Assembly: GCA_963667845.2 (NCBI GenBank)
Contig: CAXXVL010000002.1
Location: forward strand, 2,816,001 to 2,880,000
Source of the DNA: Smithellaceae bacterium
Lineage (GTDB): Bacteria; Desulfobacterota; Syntrophia; Syntrophales; Smithellaceae
Direction: 5' to 3'
DNA: 64,000 bases
In this document: one piece after another, positions 1 to 11,124 of the stretch
Layout: each line of letters begins with the position of its first letter
Numbering within the stretch: the first letter of the stretch is position 1
Notes under the pieces: model-generated
Told to the model about the DNA's origin: nothing
The model's input: only the letters and a program-made list of their open reading frames with translations
Databases searched by the model: none
Program-made: the position numbers and the translations under genes

Positions 1-197
1 ACAAAGGCAGGATTGCCTTATATGAGATTATGCCGATGCGGGACGAAATTAAAGACTTAATAATGAAAAGAAAATCAACTTTTGAGATAAGAGAAAAATT
101 AGAAGAACAAGGATTCATTTCTTTACAGGCACAGGGTTTCAATAAAGTCACGACAGGAATAACCTCACTTAATGAATGGATGAGAGTTCTTGCCTAA
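1..197 (+). CDS. C-terminal end of a GspE/PilB-family secretion/pilus ATPase (partial, starts before the window)
   Basis: Frame from nt 3 reads KGRIALYEIMPMRDEIKDLIM...GITSLNEWMRVLA*, matching the GR..l.E...GiTs..Ev.Rv tail of GspE/PilB ATPases. Not in the ORF track. Confidence 0.8.
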   Translation, partial: KGRIALYEIMPMRDEIKDLIMKRKSTFEIREKLEEQGFISLQAQGFNKVTTGITSLNEWMRVLA

Positions 198-278
198 TAC
201 AAAAACAACACTCAATAAAAAACACTAATATAAGTGAAACTTAGCTTGCCTTCTCCTGCGAACGCCGTCATCTCTATC

Positions 279-294
279 CTTCTGCCGGCAGAAG
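279..294. repeat. Perfect 16 bp palindrome CTTCTGCCGGCAGAAG
   Basis: Read directly; intergenic, downstream of the ATPase gene. Function unknown. Confidence 0.4.
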
Positions 295-434
295 AGGGGC
301 GTGGAATTCCGGGCGTGGTTCTGTGGGTTTTGAATGGTAATCAACAAACTTGAAACGTTTTGATTCTGTTTAGTAGTAGGTGAACACATTAATCAGACCT
401 GTCATAACACCGATGAGCCTAAAAAAATATTGCA

Positions 435-605
435 GTTGAACCGGGGCATGCCGTGAGCGAATATGCCGAAGCGTTGTGGCTCTTGGCGAAATGGAGCAAA
501 AGAGAGCCGAACTGTTTGAGCCGAAGGCGAGTTTTCGGCTCTCGCGCAATGAGCTTAGAGCCACAGTTGCAGGGCATTCTGAGCGATGGGATGCCCCGGT
601 TCAAC
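435..605. repeat. 171 bp nested inverted-repeat element (REP/MITE-like long hairpin)
   Basis: GTTGAACCGGGGCAT (435-449) pairs with ATGCCCCGGTTCAAC (591-605); TGTGGCTCT (475-483) with AGAGCCACA (557-565); GAGAGCCGAA (502-511) with TTCGGCTCTC (534-543). Confidence 0.8.
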
Positions 606-695
606 GGCTACCACTCTAAATAACGAATGCTTTTTCCCAACAAAAAAGTTCACCTTTTGTTTCCGCTTTGCATCATTTGCCAATCATTTATTCCG

Positions 696-724
696 TTGCA
701 AAGATGCCCTGGTTTTGTCATAGT
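696..724 (+). promoter_or_regulatory. Putative sigma70 promoter of the first ABC gene
   Basis: TTGCAA-N17-CATAGT with TGn extension; the same boxes and spacing recur at 3220-3248 upstream of the paralogue. Confidence 0.55.
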
Positions 725-778
725 GGCGCGCACGACCGGATTTCGGCGTGATACTTATGCAGGGGGACTTCACAAAGA

Positions 779-3043
779 GTGATCAGTCGGCGCAAAGAGA
801 AGGGCGAAAGGAGCAGGGCTCTTTTTGCCCTTGTTGTTTTTTGCATGATCTGCGGATGCTCGGGTGGACCCGAGGACAAACCGGCTCTGCAGCACCCGGG
901 GCAGATGAATTCGCCGGGCTATTCCATTGGCGTTCCACAATCCGCAGCCGCAACGACACTCGTTGAAAAGCAATTTTCGAAATGCAAAATTGAATATTTC
1001 CAGTCCATTGCCGACGGCTACCTGGCGGTCAAATATGGGAAAATCGATGCCTTTGCCTTTGACCGTCACGCATTAGAGTATGCGGTCCTTCGCAATCCCG
1101 ACCTGACCTTGATGGATGACAAAGTCGGGGATGAGTTCATTGTTGTCGGTTCCGCCTTAGGCAGGGAGGATTTGATTCAAAAAGTCAATGCCTTCATCAG
1201 GCAGTACCGGGCTGATGGGACCTACCGGGACATGTATCAGCGCTGGATTCTGGGAAAGAACATGCAAATGCCGGATCTGCCGGAGCCCGCACATCCGACG
1301 ATGACACTGAAGATCGGAACGACGGGCGTGAATGAACCGATGAATTTTTATGCAAATGGTCGGTTGACCGGGTTTGATGTCGAGTTCGCCAAACGTCTCG
1401 CCTATTATCTGAATGCCAAGTGTAATTTTTCCATCATTGAGTATCCCGCCATTGTTGCCGCCGCCTTAACCGGGAAGATCGACCTGCTAATCGCCAATCT
1501 CAACGCGACGCCGGAGCGCCGGAAGATGCTGCTTTTTTCCGACACCTATGTTGATTCAGAAGTCTCATTTCTTGTCCGCAAAGACCGTCTTCCCGCCCAA
1601 TCCGCGGACGCCATCACGCAGCTTTCTCAACTGGCCGGTAGGAAGGTCGGCGTTAAAACAGGTACGATCTATGAGGATGTTCTGAAGGAGGCTGTTTCTG
1701 ACGCCGTCCCGGTTCATTTTACAACCATTACGGATGAGATTGAAGCGCTCAAATCGGGAAAAATCACCGGGTTCCTGGTGGATGAAGTGGTGATCAAGTG
1801 TCTGGCCCGCCAGACGCCCGGTATCACGTACCTTCCCCAAAGGCTGAGGGCCAACAATTGTGCGTTCGCCTTTCCCAAGAACAAGCCCGAACTGCAGGAA
1901 AAGGTCAACGCCGTTTTGCAAAGGATGAAGGACGACGGCACATTGAAGAGACTGGACGAAAAATGGTTCGGTGCTGATGAACATGCCAAGGTGCTTCCGG
2001 ACATCAAGCTGGACGACAAAAACGGGGTGATCCGGTTTGCCACCAACAGCGCCAGCGAGCCGTTTGTCTACATCAAGAGCGGCAAAATGGTCGGCTTTGA
2101 CATCGAAGTGGCGATGATTATTGCTTCGAAGCTCGGTTATAAACTGCAAATCATGGACATGGATTTCGCAGCCATTATTCCTTCTCTGGTTTCGGGCAAA
2201 ACCGACATGGCCGGCGACTTCATCGCCATTACTCCGGAACGGGCCAAAGCGGTGTTGTTCAGTACTCCTTATTACGAAGGTGGAACGGTAGTTGTGGTGA
2301 CGACAGGGCTCGCCGGTGCCGGAAAAGACAGCGGCGGGGTCTGGACGGGTCTAATGCAGAGTTTCCGGAGGACGTTTGTGGTGGAAGACCGCTACAAGCT
2401 GGTGTTGCAGGGTTTGTGGGTGACGGTGGTGATTTCCGTTTTGTCGGGGATTTTCGGTACGCTGCTGGGGTTTGGCATCTGTTTGATGCGCAGGGCGAAG
2501 ACACGGTGGGCGAATATGCCGGCGAAGGCTTTTATCCGGGCGATTCAGGGCACACCGATTGTCGTGCTTTTAATGATACTCTACTATGTCATTTTCGGGA
2601 GCCTGGATATTAATGCGATTATTGTTGCGGTCATCGGTTTTTCCATCAATTTTGCCGCATATGTATCGGAGATGATGCGGACGGGCATTGATGCGGTGGA
2701 CAAGGGGCAGCATGAAGCGGCGTATGCGATCGGATTCAACCGGGTGCAGGTGTTTACGAAGATCACGTTTCCGCAGGCGGCTCGGCATGTTCTGCCGGTA
2801 TTCAAGGGCGAGTTCATCTCCATGCTGAAGATGACATCGGTGGTGGGGTATATTGCGATTCAGGATTTGACGAAGATGAGCGACATCATTCGCAGCCGGA
2901 CGTATGAGGCTTTTTTCCCGCTCATTGCGACGGCGCTGATTTATTTTGTCATTGCCTATGCGATGGCTTATCTGCTGTCGCGCATTGAAATGCGGGTCGA
3001 TCCGAAACAGCGCAAACGGGTCGTGAAAGGGGCAACAGCCTGA
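779..3043 (+). CDS. Polar amino acid ABC transporter: 2 family-3 substrate-binding domains fused to a HisM/GlnP-type permease
   Basis: Lipoprotein-like N-terminus; GFDVE/GFDIE and KVGVKTGT SBP motifs; permease IQGTP and [10 protein letters not shown] (EAA) motifs. Confidence 0.92.
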   Translation: MISRRKEKGERSRALFALVVFCMICGCSGGPEDKPALQHPGQMNSPGYSIGVPQSAAATTLVEKQFSKCKIEYFQSIADGYLAVKYGKIDAFAFDRHALEYAVLRNPDLTLMDDKVGDEFIVVGSALGREDLIQKVNAFIRQYRADGTYRDMYQRWILGKNMQMPDLPEPAHPTMTLKIGTTGVNEPMNFYANGRLTGFDVEFAKRLAYYLNAKCNFSIIEYPAIVAAALTGKIDLLIANLNATPERRKMLLFSDTYVDSEVSFLVRKDRLPAQSADAITQLSQLAGRKVGVKTGTIYEDVLKEAVSDAVPVHFTTITDEIEALKSGKITGFLVDEVVIKCLARQTPGITYLPQRLRANNCAFAFPKNKPELQEKVNAVLQRMKDDGTLKRLDEKWFGADEHAKVLPDIKLDDKNGVIRFATNSASEPFVYIKSGKMVGFDIEVAMIIASKLGYKLQIMDMDFAAIIPSLVSGKTDMAGDFIAITPERAKAVLFSTPYYEGGTVVVVTTGLAGAGKDSGGVWTGLMQSFRRTFVVEDRYKLVLQGLWVTVVISVLSGIFGTLLGFGICLMRRAKTRWANMPAKAFIRAIQGTPIVVLLMILYYVIFGSLDINAIIVAVIGFSINFAAYVSEMMRTGIDAVDKGQHEAAYAIGFNRVQVFTKITFPQAARHVLPVFKGEFISMLKMTSVVGYIAIQDLTKMSDIIRSRTYEAFFPLIATALIYFVIAYAMAYLLSRIEMRVDPKQRKRVVKGATA
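2336..3031 (+). repeat. 696 bp direct repeat copy 1 (permease-coding block), identical to 6298-6993
   Basis: Offset 3962 bp; the main-frame protein and the shadow ORFs inside the block translate identically in both copies. Confidence 0.9.
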
Positions 3044-3219
3044 CGGTTGCTGCTCTATGATAAAAGAGGGATCGCATATGCGTGAAGGCACGGATGGCTG
3101 TCATCCCGCAGGCATCGCACCTGCACCAGCTGGAACGGCCGCAGATATACACGGTGTGGTCAAGGATTTCCTGCGGGACATTGAATGCCCATGATCGATT
3201 CTTCAGACGAAATATTCCG

Positions 3220-3248
3220 TTGCAAAGGTACACGCATTTTGACATAGT
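3220..3248 (+). promoter_or_regulatory. Putative sigma70 promoter of the second ABC gene
   Basis: TTGCAA-N17-CATAGT with TGn extension, homologous to 696-724. Confidence 0.55.
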
Positions 3249-3297
3249 GCGACACGCGTCGGAATGGCACGCGGACCACACATAAGGGGCATAACGA

Positions 3298-6200
3298 GTG
3301 AAGGGGTTTTGCGGGAGAAAAGGCAAGAGGAGCATGGCTCTGGCGGTGCTATTTGCCTTTTGGATCCTGCTCGGATGCTCCGCTGATCGCGACGATCGGC
3401 GCATCCTGTCCAATCCGTCTGAGCTCAACGCCCCCGAGTATACGATCGGAGTTCCGCAAGGCACGGCTGCCATGACGGCGATGGAGAACAACTTCCCCCT
3501 TTCCAAAATAGAATACCACCAATCCCTCCCGGACGGATATCTAAGCGTCAAGTACGGAAAGATCGATGCTTTTGCCTTTGACCGGCATGCCCTGCAGTAT
3601 GTTGCCGTCCACAACCCCGATCTGGCCCTGATGGAGGAAAAGGTCGGAGATGAGTTCATCGTCGTCGGGACAGCCTTCGGGCGAGGGGCCCTGATCAAGA
3701 AAGTCAACGAATTTATCAAACAGTACAAGACGGACGGAACCTACCAGGACATGTACGACCGGTGGCTATTGGGGAAGAACCTGACCATGCCTGATCTGCC
3801 GGAACCCTCGCATCCCACGATGACACTGAAAATCGGGACCGACGGCCGCAACGAACCGATGAGCTTTTACGTTAACCGTCAGTTGACGGGTTTCGACATC
3901 GAGTTCACCAAACGTCTGGCCTTATTCCTCAACGCTAAGTTCACGTTTTACATCATCGAGTTTCCGGCCATTATCGCCGCGGCGACGTCCGGAAAGATCG
4001 ACCTGCTCATCGCCAATCTGAATGCGACTCCCGAACGCAGTAAAGTGATGCTCTTTTCTGATACCTATGTGGACTCGGAAGTCTCGTTTCTTGTCCGTAA
4101 GGACCGGCTTGCCCCGAAGGCCGCAAAATCGATTACGGATATTGCGCAGCTCGCAGGCAAAAAAGTCGGCGTTCAGACGGGCACGACGTATGAAGATGTG
4201 TTGAAGCGTTCCATTCCCAAAGCTGTTCCCATGTATTTCACAACATTTACGGATCAGATCGAAGCCGTCAAATCGGGGAAGATCGCGGGTTTTCTGGCAG
4301 ACGAAGTGCTGGCGAAAGGGGTGATCCGTGAAACACCGGGTGTGACCTACCTCAAAAAATGGCTGAATTCCAATGAGTACGCTTTCGCCTTTTCTAAAAG
4401 TCAGTCGTCGCTGCACAAACAGGTTAATGCCATTCTTGAGCAGTTGAAAAGCGACGGAACGTTTCGGAAACTGGAGGACAAGTGGTTCGGCGGAAATGAC
4501 GAGGCCAAGGTGCTTCCGGATTTCAATCTCGACGGTAAAAACGGAATCATCCGGTTTGCCACCAACAGTGACAGCGCACCGTTTGTCTATGTCAAGAACG
4601 GGAAACTCGTCGGCTATGATATCGAAGTGGCGATGATTGTTGCTTCGAAGCTCGGGAAAAAGCTGGAAATTATGGATATGGATTTTTCGGCCATTATCCC
4701 GTCTCTGGTTTCCGGCAAAAGCGATATGGCGGGAGATTTTATCACCATTACGGCCCAGCGTGCCAAATCGGTGCTATTCAGCATTCCTTATTATAAGGGC
4801 GGTACGATCGTTGTCGTAGCGGCGGATTCGGCCGCCGGAGCAGAAAGCCCCATTGCGGCACTTTCCGATCTCGCGGGCAAAAAGGTCGGCATCGTTACCG
4901 GCTCCGCTTACGACAACGTGCTGAAAAGTAAGAACCCGCAAGCGGTACCCGAGTATTTCAACAATTTTCCCGATCAGGCGGAGGCGCTTAAGGCCGGAAA
5001 GATCGCGGCCTTTTTGATTGATGAACCGATGGCGCGGGACATTATGAACCATACCGACGGGGTGACCGTCTTAAAGGAATTGCTGACGTCGGATGGCTAC
5101 GCTTTTGCTCTTTCCAAGAGCCGGAGCCGGCTGCAAAAAGAGATTAATGCGGTGCTCAAGGAGATGAAGGAAGACGGAACCCTGAAGAAGATCGATGCCC
5201 GCTGGTTTGGAACAGTCGAAGCGGCCAAGGTTCTTCCGGACATCAGACAAGAAGCCGGAAAAGGAATTATCCGCCTGGCGACCAACAGCGGTATGGCGCC
5301 GTTTGCCTATCTTAAAGACGGCAGGATGGTCGGATACGATATTGAGATCGCCGCGATCATCTGTGCCAAACTCGGCTATCAGCTCGAGATTATCGATATG
5401 GATATCGCGGCGATCATTCCGTCTCTGATATCCGGGAAGAGTGATATGGCGGCGTGCGGCATCACGGTCACTGATGAGCGCGCCAAATCGGTCCTGTTTA
5501 CCACGCCCAATTACAAAGGCGGCATCGCCGTGATGATTCGCGTGACCTCGGCGGGCAAAGCCGTAATCAATATTCAGAATCTTGCGGAACTTTCCGGAAG
5601 GAAGGTTGGCGTCTTGACCGGTTCCACCTATGACGGTGTGCTGAATCATCATAATGCTAAAGCGTTGCCGGAATATTTCAATAATTTTTCCGATCAGACA
5701 GAGGCGCTCAAGACCGGCAAAATCGCGGGTTTCCTGGTTGATGAACCGATAGCGAGAGACATCGTCAACCATTCGAGCGGCCTGACCACCTTGAAGAAGC
5801 TCTTGACATCGGACGGTTATGCATTTGCGTTTGCGAAAAATCAGATGAATCTTCATCAGAAGGTCAATACCGCGCTAAAGGAGCTGATGAATGACGGAAG
5901 CATCAAAAAGCTGGAGGAAAAGTGGTTCGGCACGAATGACGCAGCTAAAGTTCTTCCGGATCTGAAACTCGAAAACAAAAACGGCGTGATCCGGCTGGCC
6001 ACGAATGGCAATCTGGCTCCGTTTGCCTACGTCAAAGACGGCAAGATGGTGGGTTATGATATCGAGATCGCCATGATTATCGCTCAAAAACTTGGTCGCA
6101 GCCTGGAAATTACGGATATGGATTTCGCGGCGATCATCCCGTCTCTGGTTTCGGGGAAAAGCGATATGGGCGCAGGAGGGATCATCGTTACCGAGGAGCG

Positions 6201-6999
6201 GGCCAAGTCGGTTTTATTCAGCATTCCTGATTATAAAGGCGGCGTGGCCGTGATGGTTGCGGAAGCGGCCGTTGGCCCGGGGGCTGCGGGCGGTCCGGGG
6301 GTCTGGACGGGTCTAATGCAGAGTTTCCGGAGGACGTTTGTGGTGGAAGACCGCTACAAGCTGGTGTTGCAGGGTTTGTGGGTGACGGTGGTGATTTCCG
6401 TTTTGTCGGGGATTTTCGGTACGCTGCTGGGGTTTGGCATCTGTTTGATGCGCAGGGCGAAGACACGGTGGGCGAATATGCCGGCGAAGGCTTTTATCCG
6501 GGCGATTCAGGGCACACCGATTGTCGTGCTTTTAATGATACTCTACTATGTCATTTTCGGGAGCCTGGATATTAATGCGATTATTGTTGCGGTCATCGGT
6601 TTTTCCATCAATTTTGCCGCATATGTATCGGAGATGATGCGGACGGGCATTGATGCGGTGGACAAGGGGCAGCATGAAGCGGCGTATGCGATCGGATTCA
6701 ACCGGGTGCAGGTGTTTACGAAGATCACGTTTCCGCAGGCGGCTCGGCATGTTCTGCCGGTATTCAAGGGCGAGTTCATCTCCATGCTGAAGATGACATC
6801 GGTGGTGGGGTATATTGCGATTCAGGATTTGACGAAGATGAGCGACATCATTCGCAGCCGGACGTATGAGGCTTTTTTCCCGCTCATTGCGACGGCGCTG
6901 ATTTATTTTGTCATTGCCTATGCGATGGCTTATCTGCTGTCGCGCATTGAAATGCGGGTCGATCCGAAACAGCGCAAACGGGTCGTGAAAGGGTTGTAA
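3298..6999 (+). CDS. Polar amino acid ABC transporter: 4 family-3 substrate-binding domains fused to permease
   Basis: Four repeated SBP units (IGV/KVGV...KWFG...IR.ATN...PF...G[FY]DIE...FS.PY), then the same permease as 779..3043. Confidence 0.92.
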   Translation: MKGFCGRKGKRSMALAVLFAFWILLGCSADRDDRRILSNPSELNAPEYTIGVPQGTAAMTAMENNFPLSKIEYHQSLPDGYLSVKYGKIDAFAFDRHALQYVAVHNPDLALMEEKVGDEFIVVGTAFGRGALIKKVNEFIKQYKTDGTYQDMYDRWLLGKNLTMPDLPEPSHPTMTLKIGTDGRNEPMSFYVNRQLTGFDIEFTKRLALFLNAKFTFYIIEFPAIIAAATSGKIDLLIANLNATPERSKVMLFSDTYVDSEVSFLVRKDRLAPKAAKSITDIAQLAGKKVGVQTGTTYEDVLKRSIPKAVPMYFTTFTDQIEAVKSGKIAGFLADEVLAKGVIRETPGVTYLKKWLNSNEYAFAFSKSQSSLHKQVNAILEQLKSDGTFRKLEDKWFGGNDEAKVLPDFNLDGKNGIIRFATNSDSAPFVYVKNGKLVGYDIEVAMIVASKLGKKLEIMDMDFSAIIPSLVSGKSDMAGDFITITAQRAKSVLFSIPYYKGGTIVVVAADSAAGAESPIAALSDLAGKKVGIVTGSAYDNVLKSKNPQAVPEYFNNFPDQAEALKAGKIAAFLIDEPMARDIMNHTDGVTVLKELLTSDGYAFALSKSRSRLQKEINAVLKEMKEDGTLKKIDARWFGTVEAAKVLPDIRQEAGKGIIRLATNSGMAPFAYLKDGRMVGYDIEIAAIICAKLGYQLEIIDMDIAAIIPSLISGKSDMAACGITVTDERAKSVLFTTPNYKGGIAVMIRVTSAGKAVINIQNLAELSGRKVGVLTGSTYDGVLNHHNAKALPEYFNNFSDQTEALKTGKIAGFLVDEPIARDIVNHSSGLTTLKKLLTSDGYAFAFAKNQMNLHQKVNTALKELMNDGSIKKLEEKWFGTNDAAKVLPDLKLENKNGVIRLATNGNLAPFAYVKDGKMVGYDIEIAMIIAQKLGRSLEITDMDFAAIIPSLVSGKSDMGAGGIIVTEERAKSVLFSIPDYKGGVAVMVAEAAVGPGAAGGPGVWTGLMQSFRRTFVVEDRYKLVLQGLWVTVVISVLSGIFGTLLGFGICLMRRAKTRWANMPAKAFIRAIQGTPIVVLLMILYYVIFGSLDINAIIVAVIGFSINFAAYVSEMMRTGIDAVDKGQHEAAYAIGFNRVQVFTKITFPQAARHVLPVFKGEFISMLKMTSVVGYIAIQDLTKMSDIIRSRTYEAFFPLIATALIYFVIAYAMAYLLSRIEMRVDPKQRKRVVKGL
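6298..6993 (+). repeat. 696 bp direct repeat copy 2
   Basis: Identical to 2336-3031 wherever compared by eye. Confidence 0.9.
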
Positions 7000-7003
7000 A
7001 GAT

Positions 7004-8089
7004 ATGATCAGCGTGCAGCATTTATCCAAGCACTTTGGCGATCTGGTCGTTCTGAAGGACGTGAACGTTGAAATCAACAAAGGTGAAGTCATCTCGATCA
7101 TCGGGCCGTCCGGGAGCGGCAAAAGCACGCTGTTGCGCTGCATGAACCTGCTGGAGATGCCCAGCGGCGGCGAAGTCATCATTGACGGAATTAACCTTCT
7201 TGATCGTGAGACCGATGTTTACAAGCTGCGCCAGCGGATGGGGATGGTTTTTCAGTCCTTTAATTTGTTTTCGCATTTTATGGTGATCGAAAACATCATG
7301 CTCGGGCCGATCAATCTCTTAAAGATGAGTCGAAAGGAAGCATTTGATGAAGCAATGAAGCTTTTGACGATGGTCGGGCTTGCCGAAAAGGCGTATGCGT
7401 ATCCCGATGAACTGTCGGGCGGTCAGAAGCAGAGGGTTGCCATTGCCAGGACCCTGGCCATGAAACCGGAGATCGTGTTGTTCGACGAGCCGACGTCTGC
7501 GCTCGATCCGACCATGATCAGCGAAGTGCTGGCGGTTATCCGCAAACTCGCCCTGGACGGCATGACGATGATGATCGTCACCCACGAAATGAAGTTTGCC
7601 CGGGATGTTTCAAAACGTGTTTTGTATATGGATGAGGGAATTATCTTTGAAGAGGGCACGCCCCGGCAGATCTTTGAACATCCGCAGAGGGACAAGACGC
7701 GTGCATTTATCCACCGGATCAGGACATTTACGTTTGACATCCGGTCCAGAACGTTTGACCTCTATAGTCTCAATGCCGGTGTTGAGCTTTTCTGCCGCAA
7801 GCAATTCCTTCCTGAAAAACAGATCTTCAATATTCAGCTCGTCCTTGAGGAGCTGATTATGAACAAACTGCTCCCGTGGAGCGGTGAATCTATTGATATG
7901 AGCGTCACCGTCGGTTATTCCGAAGAACACGACGCGATCGATTTGACACTCGTCTATGCGGGTGAGGTCTACAATCCTTTTGCCGACGAAGGTGCGGACG
8001 ATCTTCCCATGATGATTGTCAACAATCTGGTGAAGAAGGAAGTGCATTCCATGGAAGAAGGTAAAAACAAACTGAGATTAAGCCTGTAA
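7004..8089 (+). CDS. Polar amino acid ABC transporter ATP-binding protein (GlnQ-like) with ~120 aa C-terminal extension
   Basis: Walker [17 protein letters not shown] signature, [15 protein letters not shown]. Confidence 0.92.
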   Translation: MISVQHLSKHFGDLVVLKDVNVEINKGEVISIIGPSGSGKSTLLRCMNLLEMPSGGEVIIDGINLLDRETDVYKLRQRMGMVFQSFNLFSHFMVIENIMLGPINLLKMSRKEAFDEAMKLLTMVGLAEKAYAYPDELSGGQKQRVAIARTLAMKPEIVLFDEPTSALDPTMISEVLAVIRKLALDGMTMMIVTHEMKFARDVSKRVLYMDEGIIFEEGTPRQIFEHPQRDKTRAFIHRIRTFTFDIRSRTFDLYSLNAGVELFCRKQFLPEKQIFNIQLVLEELIMNKLLPWSGESIDMSVTVGYSEEHDAIDLTLVYAGEVYNPFADEGADDLPMMIVNNLVKKEVHSMEEGKNKLRLSL

Positions 8090-8271
8090 ACGCGACTCTC
8101 AGCCCTCAGCCTCGGGATTCTGACCCGGGATAATCCCGGTAATGGAATGCTTCATGCCTATCGGCCCTGCAGAAGAAATTAAAATTCTTACAATGTCATC
8201 CCTCGTTTCGAAGACTCACCATTGACTATGTTTTTGCAGTCATTAACATAGTTTTTATGAGAGGTGACGAT

Positions 8272-8763
8272 ATGAAAATTACATTCAAAAAGGATATCCT
8301 ATTGGCCGCAACCGGGATTCTGGCAATGGTACTTGTTACTGGGTGTGTTTTTTCGAGTAAGATCCTTAACAATGAACCGATTGGGAGCATTCCGGACAAA
8401 CCGTACGAGGACATCATTATTCTGTATACGCCCGACAGATTGCCGCTGGAGCCGGCTGCCGGTTATGTCTATATTGAACCCGACGGCAAGATCAAAACCG
8501 ACTTTGCACGCGAAGAATTTGTAAAAACTCTTAGTAAACTGGACAAATACGAACAGATCAATAGAAATAATATGGGCAAATTTGTCATCAGGGACAGCAA
8601 GGGGAAGGTTCGCGGCTACTATGAAATATTATTCGATTACCGGGTTAATATATGGGAAGAAGGGGATAACCTTCTTCTGCAAATTATTCTGCCCGATAAT
8701 AAAGGGATGAAGGATGACGACTTCGGCACGACAGGTCCCATGAACGGCGGCGGAGGTAGATAA
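8272..8763 (+). CDS. Hypothetical lipoprotein
   Basis: GAGG RBS before ATG 8272; hydrophobic leader ending LVTGC (lipobox). Confidence 0.7.
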   Translation: MKITFKKDILLAATGILAMVLVTGCVFSSKILNNEPIGSIPDKPYEDIIILYTPDRLPLEPAAGYVYIEPDGKIKTDFAREEFVKTLSKLDKYEQINRNNMGKFVIRDSKGKVRGYYEILFDYRVNIWEEGDNLLLQIILPDNKGMKDDDFGTTGPMNGGGGR

Positions 8764-8796
8764 TCCGGTTCGTCGAACTTCATTGTTTCATGTAAA

Positions 8797-9828
8797 TCAG
8801 TCCGTTTTCTCCAGATTGCTGGCCCTGACGCCGATCAGCCTTACCCGCCGGCTCAGTTCCACACGCTTCAGACAAGCGAATGCCGTTTTCCGGATCGACT
8901 CCTCAGACGCCGTTGCGCATTCCAGAGAACAGGCCCGAGTCACGGTATGAAAATCATCAAACCTGATTTTCAGGGTCACCGTCCTGGCCGCATAACCGCT
9001 TTCCTGCATATCCGAAACGACCTCTTTTGTGAGCTCCGCGATGGTCCTGGCGATGATCTGCCAATCCCTGACATCTCTCTGAAAGGTTGTTTCTCTGCTC
9101 ATGGATTTTGGTTCCCAGTGCGTGACAAGCGGGCTTTCGTCAATGCCCCGTGCCGCTTCGTAAAGATATTGGCCATAGGAAACACCGAACTGTTGAATCA
9201 GGTTTTCAGCGGCCAGAGCGGCCAGTTGTCCGATGGTTTCAATTTTCATCGTCTTCAGGTGCTCTTCCGTCTTGGGACCGATGCCGTATAATTTTCGAAT
9301 GGCGAGCGGCCAGAGCTTCTCCTCGATGTCATTGCCGGTGAAAACGGTCAGCCCGTCAGGCTTCTTCATATCGGAGGCAATCTTGGCCAGAAGCTTATTC
9401 GGGGCGATGCCGATGGAACAGGTCAACCCCGTCTTTTCCAGGATGCCGCTCTTGATCTTCTGAACGATGGCCTCATTGTGATCGGGATGGTCCGTGATGT
9501 CCAGATAGGCTTCATCGATTCCAATGTCCTCCATGATCGTGGCGACGGTCAGAAGAACGCTTTTGAACGCGGCGGAGGCTGCAACGTAGGCCTGATAATC
9601 CACGGGGAGGAAAATGGCATGAGGACAAAGCTTGTGAGCGGTTTTCAAAGGCAGGGCGGAATGGATGCCGAATTTGCGGGCTTCGTAATTAGCGGTCGAG
9701 ACAACTCCTCTTTTTGATGGATCTCCGGTGCCGCCGATGACAACCGGTTTTCCCTTGAGTCCGGGATTTCGCTTTTCTTCGACGGCCGCAAAAAAAGCGT
9801 CCATGTCGATGTGTAAGATACGTCGCAT
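8797..9828 (-). CDS. dinB: DNA polymerase IV (Y family)
   Basis: ILHIDMDAFFAAVE, YEARKFGI, IDEAYLD, NKLLAKIAS..KPDG motifs. Confidence 0.95.
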   Translation of the reverse strand: MRRILHIDMDAFFAAVEEKRNPGLKGKPVVIGGTGDPSKRGVVSTANYEARKFGIHSALPLKTAHKLCPHAIFLPVDYQAYVAASAAFKSVLLTVATIMEDIGIDEAYLDITDHPDHNEAIVQKIKSGILEKTGLTCSIGIAPNKLLAKIASDMKKPDGLTVFTGNDIEEKLWPLAIRKLYGIGPKTEEHLKTMKIETIGQLAALAAENLIQQFGVSYGQYLYEAARGIDESPLVTHWEPKSMSRETTFQRDVRDWQIIARTIAELTKEVVSDMQESGYAARTVTLKIRFDDFHTVTRACSLECATASEESIRKTAFACLKRVELSRRVRLIGVRASNLEKTD

Positions 9829-10013
9829 GGAAAGTGGTATAGATAAAAAAAACGATTATTTCAAGGTTTAGGCAATAAACCTGTCTTCGTCTGTACTTAT
9901 AAAAGTTATTTCTTTTTTGAAGAAATAACTTATGCTAGATTCAAAATCAGATGGCGGGTGAATCCGGCGTGACTTTATGATGAAGCAATGTCCATAAAAT
10001 AGCGGAGGACGAA

Positions 10014-10622
10014 ATGAATCATTCGGAATCAATGATGTCCTCAGGCAGAATATCATCACTCTCCGACGGCGTTTTCGCCGTTGCGATGACGCTGCTGGTG
10101 GTTAACCTGAATATTCCGGAAAACATTCGTCTTTCCGATACCGAACTCCATGTCGTCCTGATGAATCAGACCTCCAGATTTTCCAACTATATCATCAGCT
10201 TTTTACTGACTGCTGTATTCTGGATCAGCCATCATCGTCAGCATCACTACATTAAGCGGACGGATACCGTCCACCTCTGGATTAATATCTTTATTTTGAT
10301 GTTTATTGTCCTTGTTCCTTTCTCCACATCGCTGACGGGCGACTACGGCGGGTCGACCACAGCGGAGGTATTTTTTGCAGGGAACATGATGATCGTTGGT
10401 TTGCTTTTCCGCGCCAACTGGGTTTACGCAATAAGAAATCATCGGTTGATTGAGACGAATACAAGCAAGGAAATCATCGCGGACGGCATGTGGCGGTGTT
10501 CTCTGTTTAATGTAATATCGCTGATGGCCGTGGTTTTTGCATTTGTTATTCCCAAGTGGAGTTCGCTGGCCTATCTGCTGTTCCCCGCCGGAATTTATCT
10601 CAGACACCTCGTTCGGAGCTGA
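10014..10622 (+). CDS. TMEM175-family (DUF1211) potassium channel
   Basis: R...LSDGVFAVAMTLLV signature, W..HH motif, about 6 TM segments. Confidence 0.9.
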   Translation: MNHSESMMSSGRISSLSDGVFAVAMTLLVVNLNIPENIRLSDTELHVVLMNQTSRFSNYIISFLLTAVFWISHHRQHHYIKRTDTVHLWINIFILMFIVLVPFSTSLTGDYGGSTTAEVFFAGNMMIVGLLFRANWVYAIRNHRLIETNTSKEIIADGMWRCSLFNVISLMAVVFAFVIPKWSSLAYLLFPAGIYLRHLVRS

Positions 10623-10677
10623 ATGTCCCTCGACCTGCGCGTATTATTTGATTGGGGATCGGACGATCCGATAGCCC

Positions 10678-11124
10678 TCAGCACTGATCTTCAATAGCCA
10701 TGATCTTGTCAATGCGCCGTTTATGGCGGTCGCCGGCAAATGTTGTGGACATGAATTTTTCGATCATTTCGGTCACCGGTACGACATATTTAATCCGGCC
10801 GCCGAAGGCGATGAAGTTGGCATCGTTGTGCGCCTTGGCCATTTCAGCAGTAAAAAGATCGGAGATAAGCGCGCAGCGAATCCCCTTGATCTTATTGGCC
10901 GCCATGGTGACGCCGATCCCCGTGCCGCAAAGCAAAACGCCGAATTCGTAACCCCCTTTTTTAAACTCGTTACAGGCGGTAACCGTCACGTCGGGGTAAT
11001 CCACCGAATCGGCGCTTCCGGCTCCCATCACCTTGACTTCATAATTTTTCTTTTGAAAAAAGCTGATAATCTCGTTCTTAAGATCAACAGCTCCATGATC
11101 ACAGGAAATCACGACTTTTTTCAT
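10678..11124 (-). CDS. rpiB: Ribose-5-phosphate isomerase B
   Basis: DHGA..LK, DYPD, CGTGIG, HNDAN, RH.RRI motifs. Confidence 0.93.
   Translation of the reverse strand: MKKVVISCDHGAVDLKNEIISFFQKKNYEVKVMGAGSADSVDYPDVTVTACNEFKKGGYEFGVLLCGTGIGVTMAANKIKGIRCALISDLFTAEMAKAHNDANFIAFGGRIKYVVPVTEMIEKFMSTTFAGDRHKRRIDKIMAIEDQC

Noticed and set aside
370..604. Short ORFs 370..564 and 419..604
   Set aside because: They overlap the palindromic element and show no protein-like motifs.
435..605. The 171 bp palindrome as an attC site
   Set aside because: Longer than typical attC sites, perfectly paired next to the AAC/GTT (no unpaired spacer), isolated, and unrelated to the array's attC family.
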